Shown here in pieces: positions 1-9,733 of a DNA stretch of 64,000 bases. Within the stretch, counting starts at the first letter, position 1. Every line of letters starts with the position of its first letter. The notes beneath the pieces were generated by a model. That model was not told the origin of the DNA, made no database searches, and saw nothing but the letters and a program-made list of their open reading frames with translations. The position numbers and the translations under genes were made by a program. The stretch is from the NCBI GenBank assembly GCA_046563655.1, contig JAJCTO010000010.1:992001-1056000 (forward strand), read 5' to 3'. Origin of the DNA: Yuukianura sp. NJ FZ-2021 (lineage: Eukaryota).

Positions 1-3000
1 GAAACTTTACAACAAGGTGTTAAACGTTCTGAAAAATGGAATTTATGCCTTGTTACCGCTCATACCAAAATTCTTGGTATTCATCAAATAACGGTCCACT
101 CCGTCGTAGTGCATAACTGACTAAATCACACGTTGAAAAACATGTCAGCCTCCATCTTTGAGCTTAAACTAGAAGTGCCGGTGAAGTGTCAAGCATGCCT
201 TCACTTCAGATGCAAACCATGCGTTCTCACTTTGACACCATGAATCATGATAACTCACACGTCGATGGAACTTCAGGGAAAAACCGACTATTACATTTTC
301 TAAATCAAAGTTGAACATTCAGCATTTTTGGCCATTTTTGGATAAAATTTTTGGAAAATACTTTTTTATATTTCCTACCGACTAGCACATTAAATACATC
401 ATGTCTGAAAACTTCTGCCCAACAATAGTCTGAAATTGTTATTTAGCACAACTCCACCATACAACAAGTGCATAAGTCTAACTACGATTTAGGTTTAACT
501 TAGGGTTGACACTATACAACAAGGTGTTAAACGTTCTGAAAAATGGAATTTATGCCTTGTTACCGCTCATACCAAAATTCTTGGTATTCATCAAATAACG
601 GTCCACTTCGTCGTAGTGCACAACTGACTAAATCACACGTTGAAAAACATGTCAGCCTCCATCTTTGAGCTTAAACTAGAAGTGCCGGTGAAGTGTCAAG
701 CATGCCTTCACTTCAGATGCAAACCATGCGTTCTCACTTTGACACCATGAATCATGATAACTCACACGTCGATGGAACTTCAGGGAAAAACCGACTATTA
801 CATTTTCTAAATCAAAATTGAACATTCAGCATTTTTGGCCATTTCTGAATAGAAATTTTGGAAAATACTTTTTTATATTTCCTACCGACTTGCACATTAA
901 ATAGATCATGTCTGAAAACTTCTGCCCAACAATAGTCCGAAATTGTATTTTAGCACAGCATCACCATACCACAAGTGCATAAGTCTAACTACGATTTAGG
1001 TTTAACTTAGGGTTGAAACTTTACAACAAGGTGTTAAACGTTCTGAAAAATGGAATTTATGCCTTGTTACCGCTCATACCAAAATTCTTGGTATTCATCA
1101 AATAATGGTCCACTTCGTCGTAGTGCATAACTGACTAAATCACACGTTGAAAAACATGTTGTCAGACTCCATCCTTGAGCTTAAACTAGAAGTGGCGGTG
1201 AAGTGTCAAGCATGCCTTCACTTCACATGCAATCCATGAGTTCTCACTTTGACACCATGAATCATGATAACTCACACGTCGATGGAACTTCAGGGAAAAA
1301 CCGACTATTACATTTTCTAAATCAAAGTTGAACATTCAGCATTTTTGGCCATTTTTGGATAAAATTTTTGGAAAATACTTTTTTATATTTCCTACCGACT
1401 AGCACATTAAATACATCATGTCTGAAAACTTCTGCCCAACAATAGTCTGAAATTGTTATTTAGCACAACTCCACCATACAACAAGTGCATAAGTCTAACT
1501 ACGATTTAGGTTTAACTTAGGGTTGACACTATACAACAAGGTGCTAAACGTTCTGAAAAATGGAATTTATGCCTTGTTACCGCTCATACCAAAATTCTTG
1601 GTATTCATCAAATAACGGTCCACTTCGTCGTAGTGCATAACTGACTAAATCACACGTTGAAAAACATGTCAGCCTCCATCTTTGAGCTTAAACTAGAAGT
1701 GTCGGTGAAGTGTCAAGCATGCCTTCACTTCAGATGCAAACCATGCGTTCTCACTTTGACACCATGAATCATGATAACTCACACGTCGATGGAACTTCAG
1801 GGAAAAACCGACTATTACATTTTCTAAATCAAAGTTGAACATTCAGCATTTTTGGCCATTTTTGGATAAAATTTTTGGAAAATACTTTTTTATATTTCCT
1901 ACCGACTTGCACATTAAATAGATCATGTCTGAAAACTTCTGCCCAACAATAGTCCGAAATTGTATTTTAGCACAGCATCACCATACCACAAGTGCATAAG
2001 TCTAACTACGATTTAGGTTTAACTTAGGTTTGAAACTTTACAACAAGGTGTTAAACGTTCTGAAAAATGGAATTTATGCCTTGTTACCGCTCATACCAAA
2101 ATTCTTGGTATTCATCAAATAATGGTCCACTTCGTCGTAGTGCATAACTGACTAAATCACACGTTGAAAAACATGTTGTCAGACTCCATCCTTGAGCTTA
2201 AACTAGAAGTGGCGGTGAAGTGTCAAGCATGCCTTCACTTCACATGCAATCCATGAGTTCTCACTTTGACACCATGAATCATGATAACTCACACGTCGAT
2301 GGAACTTCAGGGAAAAACCGACTATTACATTTTCTAAATCAAAGTTGAACATTCAGCATTTTTGGCCATTTTTGGATAAAATTTTTGGAAAATACTTTTT
2401 TATATTTCCTACCGACTAGCACATTAAATACATCATGTCTGAAAACTTCTGCCCAACAATAGTCTGAAATTGTTATTTAGCACAACTCCACCATACAACA
2501 AGTGCATAAGTCTAACTACGATTTAGGTTTAACTTAGGGTTGACACTATACAACAAGGTGTTAAACGTTCTGAAAAATGGAATTTATGCCTTGTTACCGC
2601 TCATACCAAAATTCTTGGTATTCATCAAATAACGGTCCACTTCGTCGTAGTGCATAACTGACTAAATCACACGTTGAAAAACATGTCAGCCTCCATCTTT
2701 GAGCTTAAACTAGAAGTGCCGGTGAAGTGTCAAGCATGCCTTCACTTCAGATGCAAACCATGCGTTCTCACTTTGACACCATGAATCATGATAACTCACA
2801 CGTCGATGGAACTTCAGGGAAAAACCGACTATTACATTTTCTAAATCAAAATTGAACATTCAGCATTTTTGGCCATTTCTGAATAGAAATTTTGGAAAAT
2901 ACTTTTTTATATTTCCTACCGACTTGCACATTAAATAGATCATGTCTGAAAACTTCTGCCCAACAATAGTCCGAAATTGTATTTTAGCACAGCATCACCA

Positions 3001-3327
3001 TACCACAAGTGCATAAGTCTAACTACGATTTAGGTTTAACTTAGGGTTGAAACTTTACAACAAGGTGTTAAACGTTCTGAAAAATGGAATTTATGCCTTG
3101 TTACCGCTCATACCAAAATTCTTGGTATTCATCAAATAATGGTCCACTTCGTCGTAGTGCATAACTGACTAAATCACACGTTGAAAAACATGTTGTCAGA
3201 CTCCATCCTTGAGCTTAAACTAGAAGTGCCGGTGAAGTGTCAAGCATGCCTTCACTTCACATGCAAACCATGAGTTCTCACTTTGACACCATGAATCATG
3301 ATAACTCACACGTCGATGGAACTTCAG
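1..3327. repeat. Tandem satellite array, left segment (507/510-bp monomers, local 1017-bp dimer)
   Basis: The landmark AAGGTG(T/C)TAAACG recurs at about 14, 521, 1028, 1538, 2045, 2555 and 3062, giving spacings of 507 or 510 bp. Copies differ by only a few substitutions. Confidence 0.98.
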
Positions 3328-3450
3328 AGTAGTAATCACGTAGGGACTACTACCAAAAAACGTAAACAAAACATGACCTCGTTTTTGAGTTTGAGCTCCG
3401 CCAGTGCACATGCACTGGCGGAGTTTTCTAGACGATGATCTCATTCATCT
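3328..3450 (+). repeat. Left terminal inverted repeat of the Polinton
   Basis: The first 43 bp are identical to the reverse complement of the right end, and 57 of the first 58 match. Similarity then decays to about 120 bp, so the inner boundary is approximate. Confidence 0.92.
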
Positions 3451-3503
3451 TCTCACCCGAGCGTGGGAATATGTCCTCTTTGCACTTTCCTCCCACTCAG
3501 GGA

Positions 3504-3598
3504 AGAAGAGTATACGTGGAAGAGTTCACTTCCACAATCTAATCCTCTCATTCCATCTCCCAGTGTAGAAGAGTATACGTGGAAGAGTTCACTTCCAC
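3504..3598. repeat. Two perfect 32-bp direct repeats (3504-3535, 3567-3598), each with an internal hairpin
   Basis: AGAAGAGTATACGTGGAAGAGTTCACTTCCAC occurs twice, 63 bp apart. Each copy contains a GTGGAAG/CTTCCAC 7-bp stem. Confidence 0.85.
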
Positions 3599-4119
3599 CC
3601 ACTCTCGCTTGGTAGAAAACTGATGAGGGAGGGTTGGGTGTGCTTTTTTTTAACACATTTGAGCAACACAAAAACGAAACTGAGTTCAGCTGTTCATAAA
3701 CCTTGAAGACGACACTTGCAGTGATGAGAATATGTCTGGTTTCAAAATTAACAAAAAAAGTCTCAATTGAAATTACAATTGAAATTAAATGTGAGGTTAG
3801 GAAATTTTTGGAGACAAAAAGAAAAGCTATTAAAATGTTGTGACAATAAGCTGTGTTTTGCTCGGGATTTTGGATTTAAACAAAGATTCAACTCACTACT
3901 TCATTACTAATTTAAAATGTACATATGAGGCTATCAGATGAGATATCATGTTTGGAGGAGGGAAAAAATCTATGTTATGACATTAAGCTGTATATGTCTC
4001 GGGATTTTTTAAGTTGGTTAAACATCTAGAAGTAAAATTTGAAGTTTGATGAGAAAATTATTTAAGTTGTTATTCAGGAGACTACTGCCCTGGTGGAGTA
4101 GGAGCTTGCTGTTGATTCA

Positions 4120-4347
4120 TTGAGTAATAGTCTTCTGTTTTGTATTTTGAGTTTTCGCCGAAACAAGCATACGGTCAACTTTGAGGTCAGCTCTATTCCG
4201 TACGTTTTGCGTCGGCTGTCTACATTCTACTTGAGGACAACTGGAGGAGGTGCGGAACAGTTGGCTACACTCAAGGCGACTCTGGAGACTTGCCTCAGCG
4301 ACATTGAAACCTTCAACCAGGAGCTGGAACATGTCCCACACGACTAA
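4120..4347 (+). CDS. Possible 3' part of a small unknown gene (start uncertain; may be a last exon or a pseudogene)
   Basis: Open frame that is more GC-rich than its flanks and has a helical-looking C-terminus. AATAAA follows at 4373, and it converges on the protease gene. There is no ATG start and no recognisable homology. Confidence 0.3.
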   Translation: MSNSLLFCILSFRRNKHTVNFEVSSIPYVLRRLSTFYLRTTGGGAEQLATLKATLETCLSDIETFNQELEHVPHD

Positions 4348-4457
4348 CTTTCCCTAACTTTTCACTTGGTAAAATAAAAATTTGTTAGCAATTACATCAA
4401 AACAAACGAGAGAGAGAGAGAATTTAGATTTTGTGAGATTTTATTTTTTTTTTAAAT

Positions 4458-4985
4458 TTATTTGAATGGAGTACAACATTGATTAAGGTTGGAGAAGGAA
4501 GGAGAAGAGTTTTTTGAGAGTCTCCTAAGCTTTTTTCTTACAAATTGTCTAACTAGCCTATCATTTCTTTTGGAGTTGGAGTTAAAGTTGCAGTAGATTG
4601 ACATGAGACAGCAAGTATGGTAAAGTTTGTAGAGAAAATAGATTGCATATTCTCCACACACTTGGGAGTTTGGGCTTTGAAGAGTCCGGATGTTTTCCAC
4701 AATTGAAGTCTGGAGCCGAGATGCAAAGTTTGAAAAGGCCTTGTCGTAAAACTCCACACCCAACCCGTACGAGTCAATGAATTTGAGGGAAGCCTTGGAA
4801 TTTTCTCGAAACAGGGCCACCCAATGACTTCCGGGAGATGTGGATGGATCCGAGTTGACAACCAGCAGCAGAGGATAACGCCGAACCTCAAGGTGATCCA
4901 AATAGTCACACGGAATAACTTGAAAGGTGGCCTGCGTCGGCTTCAAAAATGATGACAGGTAGGTGAAAATTTGTCGTGTCTCCAT
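4458..4985 (-). CDS. Adenain-like (adenovirus-type) cysteine maturation protease, ~175 aa
   Basis: Motifs NSDPSTSPGSHWVA (His), FIDSYG (Asp) and LQSPNSQVCGEYA (Gln, Cys). The likely ATG is at 4985, just past the capsid stop, rather than 5087 as in the ORF track. Confidence 0.93.
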   Translation of the reverse strand: METRQIFTYLSSFLKPTQATFQVIPCDYLDHLEVRRYPLLLVVNSDPSTSPGSHWVALFRENSKASLKFIDSYGLGVEFYDKAFSNFASRLQTSIVENIRTLQSPNSQVCGEYAIYFLYKLYHTCCLMSIYCNFNSNSKRNDRLVRQFVRKKLRRLSKNSSPSFSNLNQCCTPFK

Positions 4986-4992
4986 CGTCTCT

Positions 4993-6348
4993 CTATCCGC
5001 TGGCAGTGCTGGTTGCGCTGTAGTCTTTCCAAAAGACGTTCTTGCTCGAGTCAATGTAGAGAACTGCCTGGTATTCGGCATAGACAATCACAGTAATAGC
5101 CTTGGCAACAGCCTTTTTAAACTTCAACTCAATTTTCACATTTCCATGTTTTGGAGGTGCAAAGCCTTCTCGAGTATGTCGCAAGTTGTAAATCATCAAA
5201 GGTTGTTTCTTATACTCGGCTCTGGTCATGTCAATTCCGACATCTTCGTTGGACATTCCCAGACCGTAAAAGAGATTGTTGTAGAGCTGAATGTACTGAT
5301 CTCCTTCCCAATCCAAGTGCATTGCCAGAGATGAACTTTGATCTCCGTTGACAGTAACGTTGAGATGGTTAAAGTCAAAGTGAGAAAAATTGTAGGGATT
5401 CGTTGTGATTGTACCCATGTAGTCTTCCGATTCCAAAAGTCCAATTATAATTCTGTCTGGAAGGAGCCCACTCAGCAAATTTTCATTTATACTTTGCAAA
5501 CTCCCAGGTCCAACCGTGTAAGTTTTGAGTTCCACCCGACGAAGAGGATATGTAATTGAACGTCCCAGTTCCCACTCTTTGAGGATTGACGTTACGAGTG
5601 AGGGAAGAAGAGTATGCTTTTGAACAATGATTCTGGCCTCGGAAATTTGAACTTGATACTTTCCATCTGCTTTGTCAGCGATTAAACAAAATGCAGGAGA
5701 GGATCGTAGGAAGCTGATGCGAACATCAATTCCAGGAATCAGAAATTTGTTTTGGGCAAAAATGTCTCCAAATGGACGTCCAATCAACTCAACACTCTTG
5801 CTTCCCTTTGTCAAATCGAATCGAGTTTTGTAACCATCCTCTACTGTTGTGCTCTTGCTGCTAGGATCCTTGTCTTTGTAGTATAGAGAACCCTGGGCTT
5901 GTGACTTTTTGAATTCCTTGTTGTAACCGAGTAGAGTTTCAAGGTAGCTTCGGTAGGCGTATTGATTTGAGGATGGTGTGATGAGAGTCTCATTGAAATA
6001 AACGCTGAGTTGCTGAAACAGGGTATGTAGAAAATTGTTTGCAGGTGCGACAAGTTCCTCTGCCGCCAGAGCAGTTCCATTTTCAGCAACAATTCTCGCT
6101 TTGATGTACAACTTTGTCTCGGACAAGTCCAAAAAGTGTGTATCATTTCCTTGTATGTAAAATTCGACGGGAGCCAAACTGTCCGCTAGAGATGTAATTG
6201 GATGATACTCGGTTTGAATTGTCGACAAAAGGCTGACATCAAAAGCAGGTTCTTCAAACAAATTTGTCTCTGAACGGATAAAAGTGTAAGGAGCAGCCGG
6301 CCCTGAGGTTGTCCCTCCGTACCCTTTTGTTGTTTTTACGCGTGGCAT
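4993..6348 (-). CDS. Major capsid protein (double jelly-roll; Polinton PY), 451 aa, intact
   Basis: Typical Polinton MCP motifs: EYHPITSL, PVEFYI, LDLSETKLYIKARI, NNFLHTLFQQ, YAYRSYLETLL, PDRIIIG, NPYNF. Size and position next to the protease fit. Confidence 0.92.
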   Translation of the reverse strand: MPRVKTTKGYGGTTSGPAAPYTFIRSETNLFEEPAFDVSLLSTIQTEYHPITSLADSLAPVEFYIQGNDTHFLDLSETKLYIKARIVAENGTALAAEELVAPANNFLHTLFQQLSVYFNETLITPSSNQYAYRSYLETLLGYNKEFKKSQAQGSLYYKDKDPSSKSTTVEDGYKTRFDLTKGSKSVELIGRPFGDIFAQNKFLIPGIDVRISFLRSSPAFCLIADKADGKYQVQISEARIIVQKHTLLPSLVTSILKEWELGRSITYPLRRVELKTYTVGPGSLQSINENLLSGLLPDRIIIGLLESEDYMGTITTNPYNFSHFDFNHLNVTVNGDQSSSLAMHLDWEGDQYIQLYNNLFYGLGMSNEDVGIDMTRAEYKKQPLMIYNLRHTREGFAPPKHGNVKIELKFKKAVAKAITVIVYAEYQAVLYIDSSKNVFWKDYSATSTASG

Positions 6349-6351
6349 TTT

Positions 6352-6793
6352 TTAGAAAATGTACCTCGTACCACCGACTCTCTTACGATTCTTTGTTCGG
6401 CGTCTCTTATTTCTTTTGCTTTTAGCCTTCTTTGACTTTTTTCGCCTTGGACCGTTTGCTGGTTTTCCTCGTAGTCGTTTGATGCCTCGTTTCCTTGACC
6501 TCACACCTCGAATGCCCGAACCCGTCTGATTCATAACATCCCTACCCATACTCTTAAGTGCTTCCCAGCCGTGCGATTTCAGAGATTCCTTGATGGGTCT
6601 TTTGTTCAAAATAAAGTCAGAGGCGACACCTCCTACGGCATCTGCCGCATGTGGCAGTACGTACTGCTTAAGAAACGGAAAAAGCCGACGTGCAATTGCA
6701 CCAAAAACTCCTCCAAGACCAGCCCCTGACGGGTCACGTAAATTAGAATAATTGATTCGACCAAAACCAACATTATAAACATAATTTTGACAT
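6352..6793 (-). CDS. Basic core-like structural protein (~146 aa) with an apparent one-base insertion just after the start codon
   Basis: The frame extends upstream of the ORF-track start as ...RDPSGAGLGGVFGAIARRLFPFLKQYVLPH..., then QTGSG and a K/R-rich tail. The ATG at 6793 (AAAATG context) joins this frame if one A is removed from ATGTCAAAATTAT. Confidence 0.7.
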
Positions 6794-6970
6794 TTTTTAA
6801 ATTTTTATTTTGCTTTTTTTAACCTTTTTGACGACGAACCCCACTAAAGTAGATTGTGGTGGGGGAAAATCCACCACTACCAAATTGATTTTGTGAAAAA
6901 AATGAATCGACAGGAAAGTCTCCAGCACAATTGTAAGGGAGGGAGGCAGAGTGGTGTCCAGAAGTTGACC

Positions 6971-7902
6971 TCATGTCTTCCGTTCGCGAAAGCGAAGTGT
7001 AGCCGTGAGGTTACCAAACTCAAATGGCATCCTTTCCCCCACCTCGTTCATTATATACAAATGAATAGTATCAAATTGAGAGACGGCCAGCTGCATGTAG
7101 TGGGCATGAGTGAATTCATGAGAGTGTTGTTTTCGAAATTTTCCCTCATAGTTGACCACTCGAAGAATTGGCGCAAGAGCATCTCCAATGAATTGAGGCC
7201 GGATGAGGTTGCAGTAGACGAAAAGTTTTGTTTGTCCAGCATTCAAAAAGACTGGATACGCTCCTTCTCCTTCGTAAAGATAGAATCCATCTGCAGGTAG
7301 GGCTCCTCTGACGACTTGGTTCGCTGTCTGCAATTCTCCTCCACCCATCCCCAGAATGTCGGCTACTTGTGGAGAAAACTTGATTGTAGTTCCCTCCTTC
7401 AAGGGTACTTGAAGATGCTGGATTCGATTCGAAACTGAGAGTTGGGTAGCATATCGTGCAGAAAACTCAATAGTTGAGTGTCAGTCATCAAACGTCGGTG
7501 TGTTTTGGTTGGAATTTCCAAAACTTTTGGAGGTGAAAATGCACGCTGATTAGCAGAGCGACGCTGTCTTTCTCGAAACGAAATGCTCTTGTCATTCATA
7601 TCCAGTTCATTTACAGCAGCAGCGACTGTCTCTGCACCTGTTGGCGCGGCGACAAAAGATGGTGGTGGCAACTGGACCCGTTTCGTAAAAATTGTTCTTC
7701 CTGCTCCCACAAACGCATTTCCATAAGTATAGCTCAAGTCGGTCAGGGCCACCTCCCATTGATCTCCAGGCAGACTGATGGAACTTGCCAACTTATTCTT
7801 GAAATCGCAAATTAAATTGCCTGGAAAATAGTCCATCGAAGCATTCGATTGAAGTGTTACGTAGAAAGAGTTGGATGTACTCGAACCAGTTGCAGTCATC
7901 AT
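6971..7902 (-). pseudogene. Minor capsid protein/penton (single jelly-roll; Polinton PX), split by a frameshift within ~7399-7480
   Basis: ORF 7399-7902 has the N-terminal signature FYVTLQSNAS..FPGN...F...L...WEVAL. ORF 6971-7402 has the C-terminal signature LFVYCNLI.PQ.IGD..APILRVV...FDTI...GE.MPF..G...ATLRFR. Confidence 0.88.
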
Positions 7903-7917
7903 CTTGTCGTTGTCAAA

Positions 7918-8167
7918 GCACGAATCCTTTTAAATAAAAGCACGAATCCATAAAAATGTGAGGCACGAATCCTAAAAATTGGTTAGCACGAATCCTTAAA
8001 ATTAAACTTACCCTCAAATCCAAAAATACGTAGGTAGGGATGAGTAGAATTGTAAGCTCGAATCCACAAGAATGGTTGGCACGAATCCTAAAAGTCTTTT
8101 CTCAACAATTTGTGTTGATCCAAAAGAAGCAAAAGCACGAATGAACAAAATCGCTGGGCACGAATCC
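7918..8167. repeat. Phased array of a 10-bp motif, GCACGAATCC, with unique ~12-13-bp AT-rich spacers
   Basis: Exact copies start at 7918, 7940, 7963, 7986, 8079 and 8158. Variants are at 8056 (GCTCGAATCC) and 8135 (GCACGAATGA). Adjacent copies are 22-23 bp apart. Confidence 0.9.
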
Positions 8168-8274
8168 TCAAGAAATGATCACGCTGGATCCTCCCCACAC
8201 AACGTTCGGCTGCCCGATCAGCCCCCTCACGGGCGCGCAAGGGGGGGGACCTTGCGTCCGACTCCATCTCTCCT

Positions 8275-9258
8275 TCAAAACTTTTCCCAACGACAGAAGT
8301 TTTCTCCTCCTCCTCCTTTTTGACTCCTGGTCCCTCCTTTTTTGAACACATCTTTTCCAGTTGGATTAGCAGCCCTCCTAACAAGCCTCTTTGCAATAGG
8401 TGTAGCTTTAGCTCTAGTAGGTGAGGGACGATGAATTTGAAATGGTGGTGGTGGTTGGGGGTTTTGTTCAAAAACGTCTTCTATCTCTTCCTCTTCTTCC
8501 TCATCGGTTCCCCTATCATTCTGGCTGGCACTTGGAGTGTTGTAATTTGATCCCGCCAGGTTCTGTTGTTGTCTTTGCTCAAAAAATATTGCTGGGGAAG
8601 TGATTAGGCGTGAAATTCCAGAGTTTGGAGCAGATCCATCCACAATTTTTGGAGAAATGTACCTCTGCAATTGGTCTCGAACTTGTATGAATCCTTCGGG
8701 AGCTCTAATATGCTTTCGATCCTTGAGGTTTATGAAATATTGTAGTATGTTTACAATGTCAGAGCCTGGTAGACGTTGCTTTTGAATCAAAACTTCAAAC
8801 TTTTCATTCCATACAATGTCATTGTAGCGCATCAAATGCAAAAGTTTTCTTGCATTTTTACTTCCTCTTAGCTGCTCCAAAATGTATGGTTCAGTAACAT
8901 CTAAAAGATTTTCTACTCTGATGCTGGGATTGGAAATTATACTATCTCCAAGTTGAGTTCCGTAAAAAAGATTTGATTCATTTTCGTCTTCTTCTTGAAA
9001 TCCCTCATGTTGACGGTCACGGTCACCCGCAACATTTTTCACCAAAATTGGTTTGGATTCTAAAATAAGACGTTTTTGATGGAGACGACGAGCTAGGTCT
9101 TGATACAAAATTGCTTTTATGTCATCTGGTATGTTTGAATTTGACAACACGCTCAGTTTCGGGTCTGCGGAATCGACGGCAGGGATAGAAACGTCATTTC
9201 CAACTAATTTGGTTTGCTGTTGAAGTTTTTGAAAATCTGCTTCGTTCACCAACTTCAT
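8275..9258 (-). CDS. Conserved Polinton hypothetical protein, 327 aa
   Basis: Intact ORF. IVWNEKFEVLI....LPGSDIVNIL resembles a motif that recurs in Polinton structural-module proteins. The C-terminus is QKGGG...W. Confidence 0.75.
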   Translation of the reverse strand: MKLVNEADFQKLQQQTKLVGNDVSIPAVDSADPKLSVLSNSNIPDDIKAILYQDLARRLHQKRLILESKPILVKNVAGDRDRQHEGFQEEDENESNLFYGTQLGDSIISNPSIRVENLLDVTEPYILEQLRGSKNARKLLHLMRYNDIVWNEKFEVLIQKQRLPGSDIVNILQYFINLKDRKHIRAPEGFIQVRDQLQRYISPKIVDGSAPNSGISRLITSPAIFFEQRQQQNLAGSNYNTPSASQNDRGTDEEEEEEIEDVFEQNPQPPPPFQIHRPSPTRAKATPIAKRLVRRAANPTGKDVFKKGGTRSQKGGGGENFCRWEKF

Positions 9259-9263
9259 TCGCT

Positions 9264-9632
9264 TTATTCCGGCTGAGTTTTCTTTTTGAAAAATCCCACG
9301 GCAGTACTAATTGAAGAGGGTAGTACAGCTCCCAACAAAAGGGGTAGTATGGCTCCTCCCTTTTGAGACAAGAGTCGTTTTTTCTTAAACTTGAGACTTG
9401 ACCTCCGCCGACCCTTGAGTATTGCGAGAATGGTTTTTTTGTATGGTTTCAGGCGTTTGACAGTGTTGGCGGTGATGCCCACGTTCCCTTTGTACACGTT
9501 AAGTATACACTCACAAATGCCTTGAATTTCCTCTTTGCTTGCGTTTTTAATCAATTCTCGCCGCTGTTTAGGTGACGTTGCTTTGGACAAATAGCTCAAA
9601 AACTCTCTGTTTTGCGCTACACACTTGGACAT
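9264..9632 (-). CDS. Conserved small basic Polinton protein (putative virion core or membrane-active precursor), 122 aa
   Basis: The pattern PKQR..LIK.A...I..ICEC.LN..KGNV......K.LK.YKK....QKGG followed by a hydrophobic tail (AILPLLLGAVL) is characteristic of a small Polinton/adintovirus protein. Confidence 0.82.
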   Translation of the reverse strand: MSKCVAQNREFLSYLSKATSPKQRRELIKNASKEEIQGICECILNVYKGNVGITANTVKRLKPYKKTILAILKGRRRSSLKFKKKRLLSQKGGAILPLLLGAVLPSSISTAVGFFKKKTQPE

Positions 9633-9733
9633 GTTGACCAGCCAAGGAGTTGGGCGTCAATGAACCTTTTCACTCAAGAAGCTGCTAACAATAAAGACCA
9701 TGACACTTGTCGCATTTTAATTTAGTCGTCAAA

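Noticed and set aside
100..480. A ~170-bp sub-repeat within the monomer (AGTGCATAA occurs twice)
   Set aside because: The spacings (~359 and ~150 bp) do not fit, and no extended internal alignment is visible by eye.
485..510. Telomeric array
   Set aside because: There are only isolated TTAGG/TTAGGG words once per monomer, with no tandem telomeric tract.
7918..8167. CRISPR array interpretation of the repeat-spacer pattern
   Set aside because: The repeats (10 bp) and spacers (12-13 bp) are far too short, there are no cas genes, and the context is eukaryotic.
8088..8471. 127-aa minus-strand ORF and the antisense ORF 8072-8323
   Set aside because: They overlap the 327-aa gene out of frame and run into the non-coding motif array.
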